Made by a program: the position numbers and the translations under genes
Assembly (NCBI GenBank): GCA_965197745.1
Contig: CBDANS010000006.1
Coordinates: 1,408,001 to 1,472,000 of the forward strand
Direction of reading: 5' to 3'
DNA length: 64,000 nt
From: Opitutales bacterium
GTDB lineage: Bacteria > Verrucomicrobiota > Verrucomicrobiia > Opitutales > PNEW01
The notes under the pieces: model-generated
What the model was told of the DNA's origin: nothing
What the model saw: only the letters and a program-made list of their open reading frames with translations
Databases searched by the model: none
Shown: positions 41,801 to 50,747 of the stretch, one piece after another
Numbering within the stretch: the first letter of the stretch is position 1
Layout of the letters: each line of letters opens with the position of its first letter

Positions 41801-41835
41801 ACTATGGATTTAGTATAAAAAACTACAAATTTAGT
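41801..41835. promoter_or_regulatory. Two tandem BlaI/MecI-type operator-like palindromes
   Basis: ACTATGGATTTAGT (41801-41814) and ACTACAAATTTAGT (41822-41835) upstream of the repressor; they resemble ACTACAnnTGTAGT. Confidence 0.55.
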
Positions 41836-42155
41836 AAATAGCAAGTAAAAAGCTCACATTTTATTAAAAAATTCAGGTAATTATACTATAAAACATAATC
41901 TATTGTATTGTGTGTTATTACGTTAACGTACATTAAGAGGAGGGTTTAAAATTTTTGATTATTTGATAAACAGCTACAGAGCTATTTTGTAAAACGTGAT
42001 GCAACAATATCGCTAACCTATTTGTGGCAAAGTGGAACTTAAGGAAAAGTTTATAGCTTATATAGATATTCCAAGTTTTAAGAGTTTGGTAGATGCTGCA
42101 GAAAACGCCAAGAGATGTCCTTGCATGACCAGTTAGAGTTGAAGGAGACTGGGTG

Positions 42156-42560
42156 ACCTGCTCCCATTTACTGGACCAGGCCCAGTGTTGGGACTTGCAG
42201 ATTAGTCCCTCTCAAGACAGTGCCATCGCAATTGGTACCCGGCAGGTCATAGTCACTGCCGTTGCCAGTGTTGAGATCAACAGGGCCCAATTGAACCTTC
42301 TGGATTGATGCTCTGGTAGCTTGAGAGGTTCGCGCTGTAAAGAATTGACCCAGGCTTCCCTGTAACCTCTATTCTTTCATCAAAACGCGTATGCAGTGTT
42401 CTCATGCTGCCGTATTCTCTTAGGAATACCGAAAGACACTGCATCGTCATAGGGCATGCGTAGCGAAGTCTAGAAACAGCAACCAGGACATCATTCGAAC
42501 AATAGATCCACGGTCAGTGTATATTCCATGAATACATTCCGGAGATGTCTTTCCGAGAGA
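42156..42560 (-). mobile_element. Possible heavily decayed IS3-family relic
   Basis: IS3-like terminus TGACCTGCTCCCATTTACTGGACCA at 42156; minus-strand fragments IYTDRGS and PYDDAVSF echo the HSDRGS and PYDNA..ESF integrase motifs. Confidence 0.35.
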
Positions 42561-43344
42561 AACTCGTGCGAGAGGAAACAGGGTAACCTCGGAGCTGACC
42601 AATCTCTGCTGGAGTCTGACATACTGCATTAGCGAGGATTACGGGCAGGCAAGCATACTCATTGCTCGCAGTTGTGAGCAGCATCTTCGTTTGAGTACGC
42701 ACAGCTTCATGCTCAGATCCGGGCAACTTGTTCTAATACAAATACCACGCCAGCGACAAAGGAGGAGATTACATTTAAGGTGGGTGGGGAGCCTTCACAA
42801 ATCGAAATACCAGGGTTGCGAGCCGTTTATAAGCGATTTGCTTGGGCTGCTAGCACGCGTTCACTCGCATCTACTGACGAATCTAAATATAGATGCTAAT
42901 ACAGGGAGGGGATAAAATTGTTATTTAAATACGGGAAGGTATTAAATAAGAAGAATCCTCAAACCATCAGTTAAATAACGCATTTTAAACTGTAACCCGA
43001 ACAACTTATCTGAAACCTGAGTTTCTGTGAATCTGCTTCATCGGGAAATCTGGAGATGCCATTACAGGTACCGTTGCGATTAAACTTACCTTTACCGAGC
43101 GTATAAATTTGTTGTTTTTTATCACAAGGGACACTTAATTGATATTATTAAATCCACTCAAAATTCTTGTCCGATTCCTGGCTGAACCTCACCAGAAAAA
43201 TATGATTCCTGCCTATTCCTGCCAGACATTTTGAGGCAACGCCAGGAAATCAAAGGAAACCATAAGTTATTTTTGAATCACTATTTAAGTGTAAATTATT
43301 ATTAATAAACAGTTTCTGTAGCGTTACTATGTCCCGTTCATAGT

Positions 43345-43647
43345 CGGTTTCATCGAGTCGTTTCACAACCGCTTACGCGATGAGTGTTTGAACCGTGAAG
43401 TGTTGCTCAGCGTGGCTGAAGCGCAAGTGCTAATAGAACAATGGCGTCAGACCTATAACAATGAACATCCCCACAGTCGATTAGGCTTTAAAAGCCCACA
43501 AGAGTTTGTCACATTCCTTTCCGCTCTTGGCCGCGTTCGGGCTACGCCCTCACTGCGCCAAGATCTCTCATATACATCAATCCTAAAACCATTAACACCC
43601 GGTAGTTCTCTCACTTAAAATTTGGTACGAAATACGGGGTCCGATCA
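43345..43647 (+). mobile_element. IS3-family 3' remnant (relative of element A) with right terminal repeat
   Basis: GFIESFHNRLRDECLNRE..HPHSRLGFKSPQEF; the 3' part is nearly identical to 35388-35481; ends TGGTACGAAATACGGGGTCCGATCA, resembling the element A IRL. Confidence 0.85.
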
Positions 43648-43803
43648 ATATCGCTCAATTTCACCACGTTGATCCAGTAGACTTTTGAGCGGCGCTTCCA
43701 AAGTGAAATGAAGCAATTCATCTGACTCAAACAGATTCGCATTCGATGATAGCGTTAGTGATGCATATAAAATTGTCGTAAGTAAAATGACTTTTATTTT
43801 CAT
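43648..43803 (-). pseudogene. 5' fragment of a secreted protein truncated by the IS remnant
   Basis: MKIKVILLTTILYASLTLSSNA signal peptide, then LFESDELLHFTLEAP; stops exactly at the IS end. Confidence 0.6.
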
Positions 43804-43991
43804 AGATCTGAAGTGAAGATTAATTAATAACACGGGTTGCACTTATTTGTTTTCTCTAAAATCAATTCTTGAAATCCAATATATCCGATAGGGTGTATGA
43901 AAAACTACAGCAAGTTTTTTCTGCCATTGGGTTCGAATCCAGGTAACAGGTTTACCTTGTGACACTGATGATTGATGAAAGCCTGGTCTCA

Positions 43992-44495
43992 TTAAGTAAT
44001 ATTATGGATTTTTTTTGGATATTCATAAAAATCCACAATACCTATACCTTCTGATACTTCTTCCCAATTAAGTATTTCAAAGCTTACGCTGACAACGCCG
44101 CATGTGGGTATATTTTCAATAGGATGATGAGTGAGAAACAGGGTCAGTTGTGTAATTGCGGGGTTATGCCCAATGAGTATAACGGTTTCGTATCTATTCT
44201 CAATCTGCTGTATTATGGTGATAAGGGTTACATGACCGGCCCCATATATTTCTTCGCGATCAATGATTTTATTAATCGGAAAACCGAGTTTCCGAGAAAT
44301 GATGTTGGCTGTTTTAATGGCCCTCCGGGCCGGGCTGGAAAGGATAAGATCAGGCTTAATCGCTTGCTGCTTCAAATGTTCACCCATCAGGGGGGCGTCT
44401 CGTTTCCCGCGTTTATTTAACGGTCTGTCATAATCGGCTAATGCATGATTTTTCCAGCTCGATTTAGCATGTCTGATTAATATTAAATTTTTCAT
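43992..44495 (-). CDS. Histidine phosphatase family protein (SixA-like)
   Basis: IRHAKS, DRPLNKRG, SSPARRA and GHNP motifs; start placed at MKNLILIRH. Confidence 0.88.
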   Translation of the reverse strand: MKNLILIRHAKSSWKNHALADYDRPLNKRGKRDAPLMGEHLKQQAIKPDLILSSPARRAIKTANIISRKLGFPINKIIDREEIYGAGHVTLITIIQQIENRYETVILIGHNPAITQLTLFLTHHPIENIPTCGVVSVSFEILNWEEVSEGIGIVDFYEYPKKIHNIT

Positions 44496-44605
44496 ACAAT
44501 CCATACATAAGAAGCCACTAATATAGTGTATGTTAATGTGAAAGCGATGGTGGAAAGTCAATTTCGCTCACGGATTAACCAGGTAATGATATATTCCAGG
44601 ATACT

Positions 44606-44958
44606 GAAGCACCAAATAAAAAAGACAAAAAACAAATAAATTCCAGAAAATGAATTTTCAATCAACCAAACATTTAATTGTTTTCGTTTTTGAATTTTAG
44701 AAATTGAAAATTGGATGTTATTTGGGATTTGTGTATTGCGATTTGATAATTTAATGACTACCCCCCTCGACCCACGACACTCTCTCTTTGAAGCACCAAA
44801 TAACAAATGACAAAACACAAATAAATTCCAATATTGAAAATTCAAAATCTCAAATCTGAGTAAAGGTTATCCAGTTCTCAAAACAAATAAAGTATACCTT
44901 TTGGTAATTTAAAAATTGAAAACTGAATATTTTTTGAAATTTGTGTTTTGATCATTTT
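44606..44958. repeat. Two tandem copies of an A-rich/T-rich imperfect inverted-repeat element
   Basis: GAAGCACCAAATAA..ACAAATAAATTCCA at 44606 and 44790, each followed by a complementary T-rich arm. Confidence 0.65.
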
Positions 44959-45058
44959 CGAGCAGCCCGCTCCACCTATCTGCTTAACACTGCTACTGCT
45001 TTCCACCGTTTACAGATTACTGACTACTGATCTTAGCTCCTGGGAACGTTATAATAGT

Positions 45059-46096
45059 TCATTCAATCATATCCACTTTTTTTATTGTGGATAATTCTTT
45101 TTTTTGACCATTACGAAGGACGGTTACGAATATTTCCCCCCCCGCTTCCAAAGTGTTTAATTTTTCGACAATCGCGGTCATATTTATTTCGTCGACCTTT
45201 AAACCCATTACTTCAAGAACAATATCACCGCCGATAAGTAATTCCTCTCCATCAATAATTGAGCGCAGGGTACCGGGGCGTAATCCCATTCGCGACGCAG
45301 GGGAATCGTCGGCAACCCGCTGAATGAGCAGTGCTTTGGACTGAGGAACATTCAGGGCTTGGGCGAGCTCACCTTGCAGCCGATATGATTCAGCCCCACT
45401 CCAGAATGATTTACTTTTTAATAATAGATCCGAAACTAAGTTCAAAGTAACAGCAAAACCAATACCCTCAAAACCACCCGAATTGGACAGTAAATAACTA
45501 ACGATACCGATTACTTCACCTTGTGTGTTAAACATGGGTCCTCCAGAATTTCCCATATTGACCGCAGCGTCAGTTTGTAAATATTCCAGGTCCACCATAT
45601 AGCCAGATATTCGATTGGGAATGCGCCGAGCACTGATATGACCAACCGTCAAGGTGTGGGTAGCTCCGTAGGGTGCGCCTACAATAAATATTTCCTCCCC
45701 TATATTCACTTCATCTGAATCGCCCAATTCAGCTACAGAAGGCACACGTGGAAGATATTCCATTTGCAAGAGAGCAACATCGGCTTGGGTATTTGAAGAT
45801 ACAACGTAAGCAGGACTTTTTTGACCATTAAGCAATTCAATAGTAATCTCATTAGCGGTTTGAACCACATGAGAAGCAGTTACAACCTTCCCGTCACCGG
45901 AAATTATTACACCAGAGCCCATTCCCTTATAGGTAGCCATGAGGCGTTCCCTGGTTGGTGTGGATTTTTTCTCGTTAGTTTTGATTACGACGACGTTGTG
46001 CTTAATTTCATGAAAAATTTCATGAATTTCTTTTGCCGATAAAGTTAATGAGCTTAAGGTTATAAATAGTGCTAACCCTGAATATAATTTAAACAT
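45059..46096 (-). CDS. HtrA/DegP-like trypsin serine protease with PDZ domain
   Basis: GSGVII, TASHVV, DVAL and TDAAVNMGNSGGP motifs; C-terminal PDZ. Confidence 0.9.
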   Translation of the reverse strand: MFKLYSGLALFITLSSLTLSAKEIHEIFHEIKHNVVVIKTNEKKSTPTRERLMATYKGMGSGVIISGDGKVVTASHVVQTANEITIELLNGQKSPAYVVSSNTQADVALLQMEYLPRVPSVAELGDSDEVNIGEEIFIVGAPYGATHTLTVGHISARRIPNRISGYMVDLEYLQTDAAVNMGNSGGPMFNTQGEVIGIVSYLLSNSGGFEGIGFAVTLNLVSDLLLKSKSFWSGAESYRLQGELAQALNVPQSKALLIQRVADDSPASRMGLRPGTLRSIIDGEELLIGGDIVLEVMGLKVDEINMTAIVEKLNTLEAGGEIFVTVLRNGQKKELSTIKKVDMIE

Positions 46097-46334
46097 AACT
46101 TTGAAATTTGCTGTGATTTTTTCTCATTGTAACTGTTCGAGTGACATAGTAAGCACAAAATACTTTATTTCAATAGACTTGATAATTATAAGCCCTGTTA
46201 ATCGTATGCAAGAATGCTTTGGAATGATTTCACGTGACTATAATAAATGAAAATTCTTCAGGGTATAAAACTATTCATTAATATTATACCTTCTAGCATT
46301 GCTTTCTTTATAGATCAAGTAGTGATCAGTGGAA

Positions 46335-46960
46335 GAGGATTCTGCGTTCAGGGTTCAGGGAAAATGCCGATAGTTAGATGTGATAGTAAACAGTAAATAA
46401 GGGATCGTGTGTCGAAGAAAAGAGATGAATGCATATAAGCGCTTTGAAGATTTGAGCGTTTACCAGAAACTTTGCCAACTGCATATAAGGGTCTGTGATC
46501 TAACTCACATGTGGCCCGCTGAGGAGAAGTATGAACTTGGATCCCAAGCGAGACTCTCTTCAAACAGTGTAGCTGCTCAAATGGCTGAGAAATATGACGA
46601 TCGGCATATTAGAAATAAGATCGAGGGAGTAAATAGAAGTCGAGGCGAAGCGGCCGAAACTGTGCACTACTTATATATGGCCCACCTGAAAGAATATGAA
46701 AGTAGAGTTACATATGAAGATTATAGCCAACGCTATCATGAATGCATCCGGATGTTGAATGGATTGGAATGAACTTTGGAGAAGCAATTACCCGAACAAG
46801 ATCATCGCTGGCCGGAAGTCGCGCGAGGAGACGAAGAACGGTACGACGGCTTCCCTGAACCCCGAACCCTCTTCTCCCGAACCCCGCCTATCCTGAGCGT
46901 AGGCGAAGGGAACCCCACCTGCCCTGAGCTTGATGAAATCCCTGAGCCAAGTTGAAGGTT
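46335..46960 (+). mobile_element. Four-helix-bundle cassette 2 with inverted heptamer flanks
   Basis: GGGTTCA plus leader at 46351-46383; right flank of (CYGAACC) repeats with a 24-bp insert at 46887-46910. Confidence 0.6.
46425..46850 (+). pseudogene. Four helix bundle protein with premature TGA
   Basis: Close paralog of the 29889 copy; TGA at 46770-46772 where the paralog has Arg; homology (LEKQLPE..HRWPE) continues past the stop. Confidence 0.75.
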
Positions 46961-47069
46961 AAACAGGTTGTCTGTAGAAGCTTGGAAGAACAGAATACTG
47001 GAAAAATGGATGGTTGGGATTTCCTTTCGGCATTTATTATTGACCCATATTTTATGATAATCTACCTAA

Positions 47070-47612
47070 ATGGGAAAAACTGAAATAAAATTAATGATGA
47101 AAAACAGAATTGTCTTTATTGGTCTAATTACAGCCATTTTTACCCTTAATTGTGAAGCGCAGGTTAGTAAATTTAATTATAAACTCGGTACGGATTTTTC
47201 CGCTTACAAGACATACGCATGGCACCCTAAAATGGATGGTGTTTTCGATGGAACCGTGGACACGGATTTTCGTGATCCGGAAAATATTCAGCGTGTTAAA
47301 AAGGCGGTAGAAAAAGAATTGGTGAAAAAAAATTGCCAGCAAGTCGATCGTAATGAAGCTGATCTCCACATTGCCTATAGCGGAAATCTGGAAAAAATAG
47401 TTACCTGGGGTCGTAAAGATGATAGAATCTATCTTTTCGAGGATACCCAAAACGCTAAAGGCACACTTTTTGTCGATATTATTGACGCAAATCATGACGA
47501 ACTATTATGGCGTGGCTGGATAACCGATACCGTTGGTCTAGAGGTTAAAAAAAAGAAAATTATAAAGACGGTATCTAAAATTCTGAAGAATTACCCCCCG
47601 AAGGTGAAGTGA
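47070..47612 (+). CDS. DUF4136-like exported protein
   Basis: TDFSAYKTYAW, GTLFVDIIDA..LLWRG and ILKNYPP motifs. Confidence 0.75.
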   Translation: MGKTEIKLMMKNRIVFIGLITAIFTLNCEAQVSKFNYKLGTDFSAYKTYAWHPKMDGVFDGTVDTDFRDPENIQRVKKAVEKELVKKNCQQVDRNEADLHIAYSGNLEKIVTWGRKDDRIYLFEDTQNAKGTLFVDIIDANHDELLWRGWITDTVGLEVKKKKIIKTVSKILKNYPPKVK

Positions 47613-47647
47613 ACCCTTCGTCTCCTCCCAGGGGAGGCAGTGAGAGT

Positions 47648-48310
47648 GGTTTCAGGGTTAAGGGTTCAGGTATCAGTGAACGGTGAACAGTGGATTGTGA
47701 AAAAAATCGGGGTTCACTGTTAAGTGTCGGTAGGAGTTGACGATATCTAAAAGTGAACAGTTAGAGGAGAAAACAGATTGTAGAGAGAAATCCACACGCT
47801 GCTAATTTCAGAGAACTGATAGTTTATCAGAAGGCAAAAGTTGTATCTGAGGAGATCTTCATCATCTCAAAACAATTTCCTAAGGAAGAAACCTATTCTC
47901 TTACGAACCAGGTGCGACGGTCATCCAGATCGATTGGTGCCCAGATTGCGGAGGCATGGGGAAAACGACGCTACGAAAAACACTTTGTAAGCAAAATTAC
48001 AGATGCAGATGCCGAACAATATGAAACGCAGCACTGGATCGAGATGGCAGTAAATTGTGGGTATTTACGCGAAGATAATGCGAACGAGTTATGTGACAAG
48101 CTATCCAAAATAGGACGCATGCTAAATAGCATGATAGTTAAATCCGCATCCTTCTGTGATAAGATCCCAATTGTTATCAGAGAAGATGCCACTGAATTTT
48201 TCACATAATAAAGAGATATCTATTTATCTACTGTTCACCGTTTACTGTTCACCGTTCACTTTCCACCGCCCCGCCTGCCCTGGGCTAAGTCGAAGGAGCT
48301 CCCGACAACC
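47648..48310 (+). mobile_element. Four-helix-bundle cassette 3 with inverted heptamer flanks
   Basis: Left GGGTT(C/A)A and GTGAACR repeats; right CYGTTCA repeats with a 24-bp insert at 48274-48297. Confidence 0.6.
47777..48208 (+). CDS. Four helix bundle protein (divergent subtype) lacking a canonical start codon
   Basis: FRELIVYQKA..FPKEETYSLTNQVRRSSRSIGAQIAEAW..ETQHW; frame open from 47765; only ATT at 47777 follows the GAGGAG SD. Confidence 0.75.
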   Translation: MVERNPHAANFRELIVYQKAKVVSEEIFIISKQFPKEETYSLTNQVRRSSRSIGAQIAEAWGKRRYEKHFVSKITDADAEQYETQHWIEMAVNCGYLREDNANELCDKLSKIGRMLNSMIVKSASFCDKIPIVIREDATEFFT

Positions 48311-48314
48311 TTCC

Positions 48315-49058
48315 TCACTTATTAATCCGGGCTTTACCAATAAACTTTTTAATACCTTTAACCGAACCTTTAGCAGCATTGCCAACTTTATCAGTTACAT
48401 CAAAACCTACTCCCACCGCCAACCCTGGCACATCTCGCACCTTGAGTTCGACATTAATAGTTACCTTACTTAGTATTTCTTTTACCAGCTCATCAGAAGT
48501 AATTCCTCCCGATTCCTTCCCCATATCGTGGAATTCAATTCTCGGGACGGGAATGGTCATGTTTCTTGTTGGCATAATAATTTCGACACTGCCTCCCTCC
48601 AAAATGAATTCTGTGATTTCAAATCTTACCAACTCCTCCTTATTATTTTCGCGCCGCTTTACCACTTCATTTACATTATTACGCAATTGGGTGAGGTTAT
48701 TTCCCTTGGATGAATTTTCCAAAACGATTTGGGGTTCGCTGATGTATATTCTTTCGATGAGAAAGCGTTCAGAGAACAGAGAAAGCAGTTCTATATCGAC
48801 TTCAACTTCTCCCAGGTAGAAAGCTTTATCGGATTTAAAACCTTTGGGGTTGCCAATAAAAAAGCCTTTCAATGCCCCGTGCCCATCAAGAGGGGAAATA
48901 TTGACTTCATCTAATCGAATTTCTGTCCGGGTTAGTGTTGACCCGATCGTTTCGACCCCGGCATGAATAACCTTGTCCATCGTAAACGCCAGGACAAATA
49001 AAAGCGTCACAATGAGGGCGAGGATGGTAACCAATCCAATTTTAATTAGCCGTACCAT
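48315..49058 (-). CDS. AsmA-like protein
   Basis: N-terminal TM anchor, IGNPKGF and IERIYISEPQIVLE..NNL motifs. Confidence 0.65.
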   Translation of the reverse strand: MVRLIKIGLVTILALIVTLLFVLAFTMDKVIHAGVETIGSTLTRTEIRLDEVNISPLDGHGALKGFFIGNPKGFKSDKAFYLGEVEVDIELLSLFSERFLIERIYISEPQIVLENSSKGNNLTQLRNNVNEVVKRRENNKEELVRFEITEFILEGGSVEIIMPTRNMTIPVPRIEFHDMGKESGGITSDELVKEILSKVTINVELKVRDVPGLAVGVGFDVTDKVGNAAKGSVKGIKKFIGKARINK

Positions 49059-49150
49059 TGTTTATCAGTAATCTGTAGATGCCGAGAGTTAAATGATTCT
49101 CATTTATTTAGCGTACTCTTTCAATCTTCTAATTATCCACTTTTCGCAAA

Positions 49151-49852
49151 TCACAGCTTTTCCCCGCTCCCGTATAGAAAATGCGTATCCGTTCTTTTTA
49201 CTGATATCTGCCAACCGATTTCTTTGAGACGAGCGGTAAGTTCTTCGGGTTGGAAGAAGATCTTGATAATCTGGAATTCACGACCGTTATTGAGGTAACG
49301 AACAGATATATTATCGTCCTTCTGATTCAGGCTGTGGTTTTTTGCCCCTGCTGTCGGTGCCCCTAAAGTGTCAGCAAAAAAAACGCGTCCACCCGGTTTG
49401 AGTGATGATCGCACCACGTCCCAGAATTCAGAGAAACGTCCCGGGGGGACATGTGATAACCAAAAACTGAAAAATATTGCATCGTAAAGTTTGTCTGGTC
49501 GCCACTGGAATATATCTGAAATAACGTAATTAACTTTTTTACTTTGTACTTTATTGCGATTTAATGTTACTACTTCTTCAGACGAATCGACGGCAGTGAT
49601 ATTATCAGCAAAAATAACAAGAAGTTCCGTCCCCCAGCCGGTGCCGCAAGCAAATTCCAGGACATTTCCGATAGGATTAAAAAGTCTGATTTGCTCACGC
49701 ACTTCATCTAATTCTGAGAAAAATTTTTGATTTGAATCCGGTCCGCGATCGTACCGTCCTTTTCGAAGAAGCCAATCGTCGTACTCCCCGGCACGTGCCT
49801 GGTAGTAGGTGATCTGTTCTTCAAATATCTCCTTGTCGTCTGCAGTTGGCAT
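49151..49852 (-). CDS. Class I SAM-dependent methyltransferase
   Basis: VLEFACGTG, FWLSHVP and LKPGG motifs. Confidence 0.88.
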   Translation of the reverse strand: MPTADDKEIFEEQITYYQARAGEYDDWLLRKGRYDRGPDSNQKFFSELDEVREQIRLFNPIGNVLEFACGTGWGTELLVIFADNITAVDSSEEVVTLNRNKVQSKKVNYVISDIFQWRPDKLYDAIFFSFWLSHVPPGRFSEFWDVVRSSLKPGGRVFFADTLGAPTAGAKNHSLNQKDDNISVRYLNNGREFQIIKIFFQPEELTARLKEIGWQISVKRTDTHFLYGSGEKL

Positions 49853-49884
49853 CTGAACAGGTCTCGTTTCCCTTCCCAGGAAGA

Positions 49885-50484
49885 TTACAGGTTTTCCAGT
49901 TCAATTTCCCCCGATATGATTTTCCCTACGGTTTCAACAAGAAAACGATGCTCTCTATCGAGAACGCGCTTTGACAATGAATCAACGGTGTCGTCATCTG
50001 TTACGGGGATAGTGGTCTGGGCGATGATCGGTCCGGTGTCATATTCTTCGTCAATAATATGAATAGTAACGCCGGTCTCCTTTTCCCCGGCTTTCAAGAC
50101 CGCTTCGTGAACGCGGGAACCGTACATCCCCTTGCCGCCATACTTGGGGAGCAAGGCCGGGTGAATATTTATTATTCTCCCTTTGTAATCTTTAAGGATT
50201 TTCTCTCCTATTTTTTTCATATACCCGGCGAGTATAATGAGCTGGACTTCATGCTGTCGCAGAGCGTTGAGCATTGCGTTATCGAGAGTTTCAGGTGAGG
50301 CATGGGTCCTGGCATTGAGGACGGAGTAGGGGATTTGCTCTTTCTTTGCCCGCGCGACTGCACCGGAATCGCCGTTGTTACTGATAACAAGAGCGGGATT
50401 TGCTTTAATCTCACCTGACCTGCAGGCATCAATTATCGCCTGCATGTTACTGCCATTGTGTGATGCAAAAAAACCGAGATTCAT
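49885..50484 (-). CDS. purN: Phosphoribosylglycinamide formyltransferase
   Basis: SHNGSNMQAI, LAGYMK, NIHPALLP, GVTIH and YDTGPII motifs; start placed at MNLGFF. Confidence 0.93.
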   Translation of the reverse strand: MNLGFFASHNGSNMQAIIDACRSGEIKANPALVISNNGDSGAVARAKKEQIPYSVLNARTHASPETLDNAMLNALRQHEVQLIILAGYMKKIGEKILKDYKGRIINIHPALLPKYGGKGMYGSRVHEAVLKAGEKETGVTIHIIDEEYDTGPIIAQTTIPVTDDDTVDSLSKRVLDREHRFLVETVGKIISGEIELENL

Positions 50485-50594
50485 GAGGTTTATTATCCCT
50501 GTATTAGTTGTATTACCGCTCAAGGTCCAGCATTGATCAACCTGATGGATGGTGGAATACAGTTTTCCCTGCGTGTTTGAATGAACCTTTATTG

Positions 50595-50742
50595 GAGAAG
50601 CGTGCTGGGGATCAAGCAATAATTTAAGTCTGCGTTTGCCACGTCGTCTTCGTCCTACCCAAAAATTCGTTGCGGCCATGATCAACCGTCGTCCCGTCCC
50701 GCAATGGCGGGAGGACTATGTCGGACAAACAGCCCACTCCAT
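50595..50742. repeat. REP-like cluster with nested insert
   Basis: GAAGCGTGCTGGGA, CGGCCATGA plus insert at 50682-50729, then CAGCCCACTCCA. Confidence 0.65.
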
Positions 50743-50747
50743 TTGCT

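Noticed and set aside
44558..44845. 95-aa minus-strand ORF
   Set aside because: It lies on the AT-rich fold-back repeats and has low-complexity composition
46770..46772. TGA recoding (selenocysteine or alternative genetic code)
   Set aside because: The paralog has Arg here, many intact genes end in TGA, and the FDH is the Cys type; a simple nonsense mutation is more likely
29805..48310. Diversity-generating retroelement, suggested by Avd-like genes
   Set aside because: No reverse transcriptase is present, and no TR/VR pair with adenine-specific mismatches was seen in the window
50485..50685. Long N-terminal extension of PurN
   Set aside because: It runs through a REP cluster; homology starts at the ATG at 50484
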